45,918 nucleotides of DNA from Chiloscyllium plagiosum. Taxonomy: Eukaryota. Of this stretch, positions 24,625-35,660 are shown one piece after another. A model generated the notes under the pieces. It worked only from the letters and a program-made list of their open reading frames with translations. It had not been told where the DNA came from and did no database searches. A program made the translations under genes and the position numbers. Position 1 is the first letter of the stretch, and each line of letters begins with the position of its first letter. Location: assembly GCF_004010195.1 (NCBI RefSeq), contig NC_057753.1, forward strand, positions 11,580,462-11,626,379, in the 5' to 3' direction.

Positions 24625-24985
24625 CTCACAGATGTCTGGACAGAGGAAGGAAGTTGCAATCTGGGGCGAAGTTCAATCTTTATTCAAAGAGAGAGAAACA
24701 GCAACTTCAGATGCTCATGGTCCAACTTCCCCCATTCAGACAATACAGGGGCTTTGATTGGTAGGAGGACCAGGCTCCTTCCGGTCATCCAGAGTCTATC
24801 ATTGGTCAGTCACCCGGTGGGGAGAACAATGTGGGGAGAGTTTGACCAATGGGAATGACACTTGGTCCGTGCACGTGCGTAGACCGCTCACCGAGAAGGT
24901 CAATAGAGCGGTGTACCCACCGCGGGGTCTTTTGGGAAGTCAAGCTGCCATGCAGTGATTGTAGCAAGGGGAGGGGGCGTGGCGA
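24625..24985 (-). promoter_or_regulatory. Putative ZNF promoter and non-coding first exon with GTGAG donor at 24629
   Basis: ATTGG 24757, CTTCCGG 24778, ATTGG 24801, CCAAT 24846, CACGTG 24872, GGGGCGTGGC 24974; homologous to 3822-3945. Confidence 0.6.
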
Positions 24986-25782
24986 CCGAACTGAGCAGCA
25001 ATACATGTGGGCACTCAGCGCATTTGGTTGGGACAGCCCTTTATCGACCTGAGCATTGCCTTCAGACCTTAGAACCATTTTGAAATTAAAGCAGGAATGT
25101 TCGAGAGTCTCAGATGTTCTGGCATTGTTCGTGGAGGAAGAGACAATTAACATTTCGCGTCCAACGTGAACCTACTTTAGTCAAGGACTTAGACGTTTGG
25201 GTGACACATTTGGGAAGGACCGCTGTGAAACCTGAACCCATCAGCCAACATCTTCAGGGGCGCAGAATTAAGGGAAAAGCAGGCGGTGGGTAAATTAGGT
25301 TGCAATCAATAGGGAGAACGTAGGAGGCAGGGAATTGTAGTTTGAGGAGGTGGAGAACGAGTTGAACTCTGGATTTCTGGCCTTAACCTTCAGGGGATTA
25401 GAAGGGGAGGATTTGCCGACAGGAAACGCAAACTGAACACTCTAAGAAGAACTGAGAGAGTGTAAGATAGGAGGGGCTCAAGAGTAAGCAGTTATCCAAA
25501 ATAGGGAGTTGAGAATTCATCAATGATTTTAAGATCCTGTATTAAGTTTATGACGAAGCTACAGTTTACTTTTTAGTTAAATAGGCGGAGAAATCACCTG
25601 ACCCATAATAGGTGAGAGCAGCTCACTGTCCAGAATCACTATTACCCTGATGGGGGGGGGGGGGGCTTGGGTGGTTTAATGGTAATGGCCTACCTATGAC
25701 CCATGGGACTCACATTTCAAGTTCCATTTGTTCCAGAAGAGTGTGATGATATCTCTGAACAGATTGGTTAGGAACATATCAA

Positions 25783-25910
25783 GGAGAAAGTGAGGACTGC
25801 AGATGCTGGAGATCAGAGTCGAGAGTGTGGTGCCGGAAAAGCGCAGCAGGTCAGGCAGCATCCGAGGAGCAGGAAGATTGACGTTTCGGGCATAAGCCCC
25901 TCATCAGGAA
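25783..25910 (-). mobile_element. PLE family A terminal repeat with intact hammerhead core (25880-25907)
   Basis: Minus strand CTGATGA-G-GGGC-TTAT-GCCC-GAAACGTC. Confidence 0.75.
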
Positions 25911-26771
25911 CGAGCCTCACTCACGGGAAACATTAAGAAAACAACTCATACTAACATAAAAACTGGAAAATTATCAGGCCCTGACGGACTTTGATATGTT
26001 TGTCGTGTTTCAATGCCAGCATTCTGTGGTCTGAGTAATTCTCTGCGTGTTAAATGATATGCCGCAAAGACTGGACTTTTATTGAGACTGCTGTCTTGAA
26101 GTTTATTAACTACTGTTACAAGACCTGCTATTTTCACAAAGTCTGTCAAATTTTCACATTTATTGATTTTGCAGCTACACGACGTGACTGTAACAGAAGA
26201 CTTGACTGAATCCGTAACAGGGTCTGAAGATTTTACATCATTCTATGACAGTGGGGAATAAAGATCACATTGACAGGAAATGGAAGGAATTGTGAGAAGT
26301 CAACCCATTCGGAAATCGTACCCTTTATATATATATATATATATAAAAAATGGGTGTTGCTTCTTCCTTTCCCGCTCAAGAACCACGGGATCACTGCAGA
26401 GCCACGCTGTCTTGCCCCTGTTGTCAGACGTTCCCACTGGAATAAGACTTGGTATCCTGTAACAAGACACACACACACAGACGTGTCTGCATCCAAGGTG
26501 GCAAGTTTGGAATCTTCAAAGTACTGAAGTACATGGATGCACTTGCTGGATGATAAACTATCTGCTGGTACCCGCGGTGTGTCCGCGGAGGGAAGATCCT
26601 GAAGAGGAGACGCCTTTGATCACAAAATTTAGAACACGTGGGGATTAAAAAGTGGAGAAACCGAGACTCCCTTTGTAATTCATCTTTGTCACTCGGAGTA
26701 GGCATCTGCTGTACGTTTGTTTTTGAGTCAGATCAGGTCGAAAACCAAACAGACTAATCAAAGAACTGCTC

Positions 26772-27005
26772 TATTCCTGATGAAGGGCTTTCACCCGAAA
26801 CGTCGATTTTCCTGCCCCTCGGGAGCTGCCTGACCTGCTGTGCTTTTCCAGCACCACTCTGATCCAGACTCTTGCAGTCATTGTTTTTACCTAGTTGATT
26901 TTAATCCTACTGCGAATCCTCTTGCAAGGATGCCTGCCTTGAAGAGGTTTCCCTCCTGCTGCCTGACCTGCTGTGCTTTTCCAGCACCGCTCTGATCTAG
27001 ACTCT
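26772..27005 (+). mobile_element. PLE family A partial tandem terminal repeats; hammerhead 26777-26804
   Basis: CTGATGAAGGGCTTTCACCCGAAACGTC; GCTGCCTGACCTGCTGTGCTTTTCCAGCACC occurs twice. Confidence 0.7.
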
Positions 27006-27940
27006 AATCAAAGAAACTCTAATCAAACCCGGCTCCCTGACACCGTGAGGCAGCGGTGCAGACCACTCTAGTTTGAGGTTGAGCACAAGACAGTGTTTCC
27101 TCTCCACTGCCGCGGGCTGACCAGAAGTACGTGTCATCCTCATGTTCGGCTTCTCCAAAGATTGCCCTAGACGGCGAGACAGGCTGGTGGACCCGTGTCC
27201 ACACACCGTTGGATTGCACCCCGGCTTAATGGTTGGGCCGGACGTGGTCCTTCGGAGACATTACCCGACGGAAAGGCGATCCAAACCGCGCCGGCTCCTT
27301 GTCGATTCTGGGGAAGAGCAGACCACGTTGCAGGGTGGTGTGGAATCTAGTTCCAGGAGCAGCCCACCCTGAAGGTGAATGACACGTTAACGAGAAGCAT
27401 CAACACCCGGAAGGGCACCGTCCTTCAAACCTGCCTGGGCCAAGGTCAGTCAACTCAACATGAACAAATTTTGGGATCTTTGATGTTCCAATCGACGTGT
27501 TTGCCACCTCTTGGATGATAATAATATGTAGATCGCTGCCTACTAGTATGTGTACAAGGTTTGGGGGGGGGGGGGGGGGGTGTACTTCTGTGATTTACTG
27601 GTAGTGTTCCTTCCTCTGGGCCAGTGGGCCCAGGTTCAAGTCTCATCGACTCCAGAGGTGTGTTATGACATCTCTGCACAGGTTGTCACCTGATTCAGGA
27701 AAAGTCCTGGTACTCCAGTAATGCTTAGTCCAGCTGTTTCAGCAAGGTGAAAGTTTTCAGGCCAAGGGCCCATACTGAGATTGGTGACGGTGGCTCAGTG
27801 GTCTGCACTGCTGCCTCACGGTGCCAGGGACCCGGGTTTGATTCCACCCTCTCAGGTGACTGTCTATCTGGAATTTGCACATTCTCCCTGTACCTGCGTG
27901 GGTTTTCTCCGAGTGACCCGGTTTCCTCCCACAGTCCAAA

Positions 27941-28437
27941 GGTGTGCAGATTAGGGTGGATTGGCCGTGCTAAATTACCCATAGTGCCCAGGGATGTGCA
28001 GATTAGGGTGGATCGGCCGTGCTAAATTACCCATAGTGCCCAGGGATGTGCAGGTTAGGGTGTTTTGGCCATGCTAAATTACCCATAGTGCCCGGGGATG
28101 TGCAGGTTAGGGTGGATTGGCCATGCTAAATTACCCATAGTGCCCAGGGATGTGCAGGTTAGGGTGGATTGGCCGTGCTAAATTACCCATAGTGCCCAGG
28201 GATGTGTAGGTTAGGGTGGATTGGCCGTGCTAAATTACCCATAGTGCACAGGGATGTGCAGGTTAGGGTGGATTGGCCATGCTAAATTACCCATAGTGCC
28301 CACGGATGTGCAGGTTAGGGTGGACTGGCCATGCTAAATTACCCATAGTGCCCAGGGATGTGCAAGTTAGGGTGGATTGGCCATGCTAAATTACCCATAG
28401 TGCCCAGGGATGTACAGGATAGGGTGGATTGGCCATG
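27941..28437 (+). repeat. 52-bp tandem repeat, 9 full units plus a partial
   Basis: GGGATGTGCAGGTTAGGGTGGATTGGCCATGCTAAATTACCCATAGTGCCCA with exact 52-bp period. Confidence 0.95.
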
Positions 28438-28448
28438 GGAAATGTGAG

Positions 28449-28648
28449 CTGAAAATGTGTTGCTGGAAAATAGCAGCAGGTCAGGCAGCATCCAGGGAAC
28501 AGGAGAATCGACGTTTCGGGAATTCCTGAAGAAGGACTTATGCCCGAAACGTCGATTCTCCTGTTCCCTGGATGCTGCCTGACCTGCTGCTATTTTCCAG
28601 CAACACATTTTCAGCTCTGATCTCCAGCATCTGCGGTCCTCACTTTCT
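28449..28648. mobile_element. Fold-back PLE family A cassette with hammerhead (28526-28553)
   Basis: 75-bp inverted arms 28446-28520 / 28543-28617; TSD CCATGG(G/A)AAATGTGAG. Confidence 0.8.
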
Positions 28649-29003
28649 CCATGGAAAATGTGAGGCAGCAGGAATAGGACAGGGTCTGGGTGGGAAACTC
28701 TTTGGAGGGACTGCATGGCCTCAATAGGCCAAATGGCCTCTCTCTGCACTGTAGGGATTCTATAGGTAGTACCAAGGCCTGTCTTAAGCAGCCTGGTTAC
28801 CTATTGTGTGGAGATTACACCACATTCTGCCAGTTTCCTTACTACTTGACATGTAATATGCAAGAAAGTATGAAATCTGCAGATGCACCACTGTCAGGTT
28901 TGGAATACAGTGCACGTTGGCCATTCCATTTGGGTACATGACATGGATGGAGGAAAAGGATTCAGCTTTCCTGACGGTACGCGAGTGTGGTGTATTTTTT
29001 TTT

Positions 29004-29300
29004 TAGATTACATTACAGTGCGGAAACAGGCCCTTCGGCCCAGCAAGTCCACACCGACCCGCCGAAGGGCAACCCACCCATACCCCTACATTTACCCCTT
29101 ACCTAACACTACGGGCAATTTAGTATGACCAATTCACCTGACCTGCACATCTTTGGACTGTGGGAGGAAACCGGAGCACCCGGAGGAAACCCACGCAGAC
29201 ACGGGGAGAATGTGCAAACTCCACACAGTCAGTCGCCTGAGGCGGGAGTTGAACCCGGGTCTCAGGCGCTGTGAGGCAGCAGTGCTAACCACTGTGCCAC
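29004..29300 (-). mobile_element. Full-length HE1-like V-SINE
   Basis: Head, V-domain and (TAATG/C) tail. Confidence 0.85.
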
Positions 29301-29363
29301 CCCAAACAATTAAAACAATTCCGCCGTCAATTCTGCTTTCAAAACCTCTCAGGGTCAGGAGAG

Positions 29364-29452
29364 ATTTGCATTTACCTGGCACCATGCACAACCTCAGGGC
29401 ACCCCAAACTGCTTTTTAGCCACGAAATTACTTCTTGGAAGCGTGGTCAGTC
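29364..29452 (-). mobile_element. Possible DeuSINE (AmnSINE1/SacSINE1-like) 3' remnant
   Basis: TTGCATTTAC...CCTCAGGGCACCCCAAA...AGCCACGAAATTACTT...GAAGCGTGGTCA resembles my recollection of the consensus tail; not aligned. Confidence 0.4.
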
Positions 29453-29562
29453 AGGATTTTTAACCTATTCACTCGCGGGGTGATTTGGCATCACCGGCTT
29501 GGCCCAGTATTTGCTGAACGTCGGGGGCGGGGGCAGGGGAGTCAAGCTATGAGGAGAGATTA

Positions 29563-29762
29563 CAGATTGTTCTGCAATAACCCGACAGCTACGTTCCTCT
29601 GCGACCACGCAGATTAGAAAATATTGCTGTGGAAGATCGCTATAGAAAAATCACTTTGCCCATTCAGTAAAAGTTGGTGCGATCCAAACATGGTCCACAT
29701 TTCATCAACCAGGCGATCGCCAATTCGTGTTGGCGAAACGCACGTTATACCGGAGTGACCTG
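29563..29762. mobile_element. Tc1/mariner (Tigger-like) MITE candidate
   Basis: TA|CAGATTGTTCTGCAATAAC ... GTTATACCGGAGTGACCTG|TA; imperfect TIRs with TA flanks. Confidence 0.5.
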
Positions 29763-29841
29763 TACACAAATTACACGATGTTCGGCACAACATCGTGGGC
29801 CGAAGGGCCTGTTCTGTGCTGTATTGTTCTATGTTCTAAAT

Positions 29842-30730
29842 TAGGCCTGTTTTCTCTTGGAATTTACGAGGGTAAGGAGTGATCTGATCAAAGTCTTCAA
29901 GGTTTCTGAATATCGCATGCAATTCTGGTCACCTTCCTATCGGAAGGGTGTCGTGAAACTTGAAAAGGTCCATAAAAGATTTACAAGGACATTGTCAGGA
30001 TTGGAGGATTTGAATGCGGAAAGGCTGAATAGTCTTGGGACTGTTTTCCCTGGAGGAGTGACCTTACAGAGGTTTATAAAATCAGGAGGGGCATGGATAC
30101 GATAAATAGACAAGGTCCTTTCCCTGGGGTGGGGGAAGTCCAGAACTAGAGGGGCATAGGTTTAGGGTGAGAGGGGAAAGACATAAAAGAGACCTAAGGA
30201 GCAACTTTTTCACACAGAGGGTGGTGCGTGTGTGGAATGAGCTGCCAGAGGAAGTGGTGGAGACTGGTACAATTGCAACATTTAAAAGGCATCTGGGTGG
30301 GGACATGAATAGGAAGGGTTTCGAGGGATATGGGCCAAGTGCTGGCAGGTGGGACTAGATTGGGTTGGGATATCTGGTCGGCATGGACAGGTTGGACCAA
30401 AGGGTCTGGTTCCATTTCTATGACTCTGTAACTCTACGTCAACAAGAAAAGACAGGCTAGATAAAGATCAACTGTTTATGCGGTTGAAGATTGTAGAATT
30501 AGGGGCATAGTCTGAGAATTCAGGAGAGTATAGCATTTCTATACTCAAAGGGTGGTGGAGGTGTGGAACTCTCTTCCACAAATGACACTGGATACTGGAT
30601 CAGTTGCTAGTTTTAAATCTGAGAGAGAGATAGATTTTTGCTAAGTAAAGGTGTAAAGGCCACAGATCAGCCACGATCTCAGTGAGTGACAGAACAGGTT
30701 CGAGGGGCTGAATGGCCTACTCCTGTTCCT
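29842..30730 (+). mobile_element. Older CR1 3' end with nested HER1-like 3' end (about 29905-30432)
   Basis: QFWSPSYRKGVVKLE; NFFTQRVVRVWNELPEEVVE. Confidence 0.8.
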
Positions 30731-31262
30731 GTTGCCCCGTCCCTAGTTGTGGTGGTGACGAACTGCCTGGGTGTGTAAAGTTGTGCGCTTGGTCTCGTTG
30801 ACATGCTTGCAAGCCACCACAGTGTGGTTTCTTGGGTCAAACCTCACAGCTCGTATGATGGTCCCTCTGTATTAGCTCTTGTCACAAATATATGCGAAAG
30901 CAGATGTATTGAGGTTTCGTCACACAAGCTGTTTATACAGTTGTAACACCTCAGACTTGCACATAGTCTGGGTTCCACGCTTACTGATAGTACGGGGAAA
31001 GTACATGTCTGTAACATGACAAGCAGCTGCACTGACCCCCCCATTGCAATGATAGTACTGGACGTGAGGTAAAAGCCTTTGTAGTGGAATGTGATGAGAT
31101 CTATCCCGGATCTACGCGATAATCCAACATATTCATCTGAGTGTCTGCGCAGGGTTCCTGCTCAAACAGTGGCTGCATGAGTTTTAACTTTCCAAACGTG
31201 TCTGGGCTTGGCAACGGACCCATCCGATTGCAGAACAGTGAACGTGACTCCTCTGTTCAAAG

Positions 31263-31771
31263 AAGTTAAAAATCACACAACACCAGGTTATGGTCCAACA
31301 AGTTTATTTGGAGGCATTGACTTTCGGAACGCTGCTCCTTCATCGGGTGGTTGTGGAGAAGGATCATAAGGCACAGAATTACAGCAACAGGGTTGCAGTG
31401 TCATGGACTGTCTTTAACGTCACACCTTCAATGCACTATCTGAGCTGAGGTGGCATCTCTTGTTAAAAGCTATCTTGAGAATGTAACTTTTAAAAAGTTC
31501 TGGGATTTACATATGAAGGAACCAAAACTAACATGATCATTCTAAAAGGTGAAAGACGTGAGCTAAATTTGTTTAATATTACAGTCCATGACACTGCAAC
31601 CCTGTTCCTGTAATTCTGTGTCTTATGATCCTTCTCCACAGCTACCCGATGAAGGAGCAGCGTTCCGACAGCTAGTGCTTCCGAATAAACCTGTCGCGAC
31701 TATAACCTGGTGTTGGATGATTTTTTTAACTTTGTCCACCCCAGTCCAACACTGGCACCTACACATCATGA
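31263..31771. mobile_element. Fold-back PLE family B cassette
   Basis: Inverted arms about 31263-31411 / 31581-31732; both cores read CCGATGA; TSD CTGTTCAA(A/G)GAAGT. Confidence 0.75.
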
Positions 31772-32048
31772 CTGTTCAAGGAAGTGCAGAGACAGGAAGC
31801 TAGCAATCTACAGACTGGCTATCTTCACATCTATTGTAGTGAAAATGCATGTGCTCATTTATCAAGGGAGATCTATCTGGATATTTAGAAAACTTTAATG
31901 CAAACAGGCAGAGTCAGCATGGTTTTGTGAAAGGGAATTATGTTCAACCAACTTACTGGGGATTTTTTAAACAATAAAGTAAGCAGTGTGGTTCAAGGGG
32001 CACCCAAAACTGTACTGTACTGTGATTCCAAAAGCTGTTTGACATAAC

Positions 32049-32361
32049 GGGTGGCACAGCGGTTAGCACTGCTGCCTCACAGCAGCAGAGACCCGGGTTC
32101 AATTCCTGCCTCAGACGACTGATTGTGTGGAGTTTGCATAATTCTCCCCGTGTCTGCATGGGTTTCCTCCGGGTGCTCCGGTTTCCTTCCACAGTCCAAA
32201 GATGTGCAGGTTAGGTGAATTGGCCATGCTTAAATTACCCGTAGTGTTAAGTGAAGGGGTAAATGTAGGGGAATGGGTATGGGTGGGTTGCGCTTTGGCG
32301 GGTCGATGTGGACTTGTTGGGCCGAAGGGCCTGTTTCCTCACTGTAAGTAATGTAATGTAA
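32049..32361 (+). mobile_element. Full-length HE1-like V-SINE
   Basis: GGTGGCACAGCGGTTAGC head; (GTAAT)n tail. Confidence 0.85.
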
Positions 32362-32811
32362 TAATGACCTTGGATGTGCACTATGCAAAAAAAACATAGC
32401 TCAAACTCATATAACATAGAAACCGATCCTTCGGTCCAACCAGTCCATGCCAACCATAATCCTAAACTAAACTAGTCCCACCTGCCTGCTCCTGGCCCAT
32501 ATCCCTCCAAATCTTTCCTGTTCACGCATTTATCCAAGTATCTCTTAAATGTTGTAACTGTACCCACATCCACTACTTCCTCTGGAAGTTCATTCCACAT
32601 GTGAACCAGTCTGTATGTAAAACAAAACTGCCTTTTTTAAAAGCTTTCTCCTCTCCCCTTGTCTCGAAATCCCCCACCCTAAGGAAAAGACACCTGCCGT
32701 TCACATTATCTATAATCCTCACTATTTTATAAACCTTAGCGAGTTCTGACATTTGTAGCTCAGGTTGAGGTTCTGGACATAGGTTTGCTCGCTGAGCTGG
32801 GAGGTTCATTT

Positions 32812-32851
32812 CCAGACGTTTCGTCACCCTACCAGGTAACATCCTCAGTGG
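32812..32851 (-). ncRNA. Minimal hammerhead ribozyme motif (family C)
   Basis: cca-CTGAGGA-T-GTTACC-tggtag-GGTGAC-GAAAC-GTC-tgg. Confidence 0.78.
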
Positions 32852-33062
32852 GCCTCAGGCAAAGCACTGTTCATGATTCCTGCTTTCTATTTATATATTT
32901 GGGTTGGTGATGCCATTTCCTGTGGTGATATCATTTTATGTTCTTCTCAGGGGTTGGTAGATGGGGTCTAACTCGATGCGTTAGGAAATGACATCACCAA
33001 CCCAAAGAAACCCAAATATATAAATAGAAAGCAGGAATCATGTACAGTGCTTTGCCTGAGGC

Positions 33063-33102
33063 CCACTGAGGATGTTACCTGGTAGGGTGATGAAACGTCT
33101 GG
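33063..33102 (+). ncRNA. Minimal hammerhead ribozyme motif (family C, second arm)
   Basis: cca-CTGAGGA-T-GTTACC-tggtag-GGTGAT-GAAAC-GTC-tgg. Confidence 0.72.
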
Positions 33103-34437
33103 AAATGAACCTCCCAGCTCAGCGAGCAAACCTACATCCATTTTATAAACCTCCTACCCTCCAGTGAAAAAAGTTCCAGCCTATCCCATAACTCAAACCC
33201 TCCCTTCCCAGCAGCATTCTGATAAATCTCTTCTGAACCCTCTCCAGCTGAATAATACCATTCCTATGGCAGGGAGGCCAGAACGGGACAGAGTACTCCA
33301 GAAGGGGCCACACCAACGTCCCGTACAACCCCAAGCTCGTCACGTGAGAGTGAAGGAACAGCGTGGATAGAGGGTTAGTAAGCTACCAGGAAACAGAGTC
33401 GGGCACGAATGGGTCAGGCAAGATGTGAGGAGCGAAATGCCACAGGGATCAGCGCAGGGGCTTCAGCGCTTTACAATTTATATCAATGACCTGGATGAAA
33501 AGAAAAACCGAACGTATGATTGCCAAATTTGCTGATGACACAATGGCAGGGTGGAAGGTAAGCTGCGAAAGAGAATGTGAGGTATAAAGTGTGGCTCAAT
33601 GGGCAAAACTGGGGCAGCTTCTAAACTTGGGGGAAAGTGAACTTGCTCACAGCTCGGCAGGAAGAATGCAATAGCTGCATCCTATTTGTACAGACAGATT
33701 GCAGAATCCTGAGGGGCAGAGGGATCTGGGGGACCTGGAACCTGAATCACTAAAGTTAGCACGTGGTCGCAGCAAGTAATTAAGGCGGCAAGCTGAATAT
33801 TGTTGTTTATGGCAAAGGTCGGGGGGGGGGGGGGGGTGGATGTTGGAATATAAAAGTAGGGATCATCGAATCATACACTACAGTAGAGTCTGGACTGGAC
33901 TGGCAAATCTGCACTGAGTCTACACTTGCCCACACTAGCCTTTGAATGTTTGGACACTTCACGCGCTCATCCAAAGCACTTTTTGAAAGTTGCGAGGTTT
34001 CCCGCCTCAACTATCCTCCCAGGCAATGCATCCCAGACCCACCACCACCCTCTGGGTGAAAATGACTGTCCTCCAATGCCCCGTAAACCTCCTGCCTTTC
34101 ACCTCCAGCGTCTCGCTGTAGCTGTACACGGGGCGTTGACAGTGCCACACCTGGAGCATGGCGCATGCTTTTTTGTTCCTCATCTAGGAAAGGAAATAAC
34201 TGCATTAGGAAGATTCACAAGGTACACGGCACCTGCTTGCGGTCCGACAGGTCTGTCTGAAACCACAAGCTCCCGGAACGTCGCTGCTTCGTCAGGTGAA
34301 GTGGGACAGAGAAGGAGCAGTGCTCCCAGAGCTCGTGGTTTCAAATGAACCTGTCCGACCGTAACTCAGTGTGTGTGTGTGTGACTTCTGACTTCGTCCA
34401 CCTCAGCCCGACACCGGCAACTCCACCTCGGGGCAAG

Positions 34438-34774
34438 GATTAGATTCCCCAAAGTGTGGAAACAGGCCATTTGGCCTAACAAGTCCACGCCGACCCTCCA
34501 AAGAGTAACCCACCCAGATCCCATTTCCCGCTGACTAATCTACCTAACGCTATGGGTAATTTAGCACAGCCAATCCACCCTAACCTGCACATCTTTGGAT
34601 TGTGGGAGAAAACCAGAGCAACCGGAGTAAACCCACCAAGACATGGTTGGGGGGAGGGGGGGGGGGGAGGGCGGTGAATGTGCAAATTCCACACAGACAG
34701 TCACCCTGAGGGTGGAATCGAACCCAATTCCCAGGCTTTGTGAGGGCAGCGGTGCTAACCACTGAGCCATCGTG
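34438..34774 (-). mobile_element. V-SINE
   Basis: Head, body and tail on the minus strand. Confidence 0.8.
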
Positions 34775-35295
34775 CATTAGGAAGTGTCAAGAGAAGGGCC
34801 ACTCAACTGGGAATAGGGGAGGGTTTCCTTTTCGTTCACTTACCAGTCATAGTCACACAGCATGGTAACAGACCCTTCGGTCCAACCAGTCCATGCCAAA
34901 CATAATCCCCGAACTAAACTAGTCCCAACTGCCTGCTCCTGGCCCGCATCTCTCCAAACCTTTACTATTCATGTATCCATCCAAATGTCTTTCAAACGTT
35001 GTAATTTTATTCAGAAGTTGAATAATAACAAACAAGTTATCAAGAGGCTTCTGTTTCGGTCCTGGCCTTCCGCTACTGGGAATATTCTCGTTGAGTCCTG
35101 CGTGAGTCTCTCGCACAAACAGGATTCAGATTTGGGCTCTGCACAAACGCAGCGGCTGTGGTGCTAGATCACCGAACTGAAGAATGTGACTCACTTGCGG
35201 GATCTTACGAGGAAAGGTTGGTCAGGCTGGGCCGGTATCCACTGGAGACTAGGCGTGTAAAAGGTGATCTCCTTGAGGCACACAAGAGTCGGATG

Positions 35296-35660
35296 AGGCA
35301 GCATGGTGGCTCAGTGGTTAGTGCCACTGCCTCACGGCGCCAGGGACATGGGTTCGACTCCAGACTCAGGGTCAATGTCTGTGTGGAGTTTACACATTCT
35401 CCCCCCCCAACATCTGCGTGGGTTTCCTCCCACAGTCCAAAGATGTGCAGGTTAGGGTGGATTGGCCGTGCTAAATTACCCATAGTGCCCAGGGATGTGC
35501 TGGTTAGGGTGGATTGGCCGTGCTAAATTACCCATAGTGCCCAGGGATGTGTAGGTTAAGTGCATTAGTCAGGGGTGAATGTGGAGTAGTGGGCTGGGAT
35601 GCTCTTCAGAGGGCGAGTGTGAACCTGTTGGGCCGAAGGGCCTGTTTCCACACTGTAAGC
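35296..35660 (+). mobile_element. V-SINE with 2 copies of the 52-bp unit
   Basis: Head GGCAGCATGGTGGCTCAGTGG; tail GGGCCGAAGGGCCTGTTTCC. Confidence 0.8.

Larger units (their letters stand above)
27783..28762 (+). mobile_element. V-SINE with expanded minisatellite and nested PLE cassette
   Basis: Head at 27783; tail GGCCAAATGGCCTC...CTGTAGGGATTCTAT. Confidence 0.8.
32737..33139. mobile_element. Fold-back PLE family C cassette with two hammerheads and 13-bp TSD
   Basis: ATTTTATAAACCT at 32724-32736 and 33140-33152; long inverted arms. Confidence 0.8.
32407..33330 (-). mobile_element. CR1 3' portion interrupted by a PLE cassette
   Basis: LEYSVPFWPP...LERVQKRFIRML. Confidence 0.8.

Noticed and set aside
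27100..27220. Immunoglobulin/TCR V-like words (EDDTYFWSAR)
   Set aside because: No conserved cysteines or tryptophan in frame and no convincing recombination signal.
27941..28437. CRISPR-like regular array
   Set aside because: Units are contiguous with no unique spacers, lie inside a SINE, and the DNA is vertebrate.
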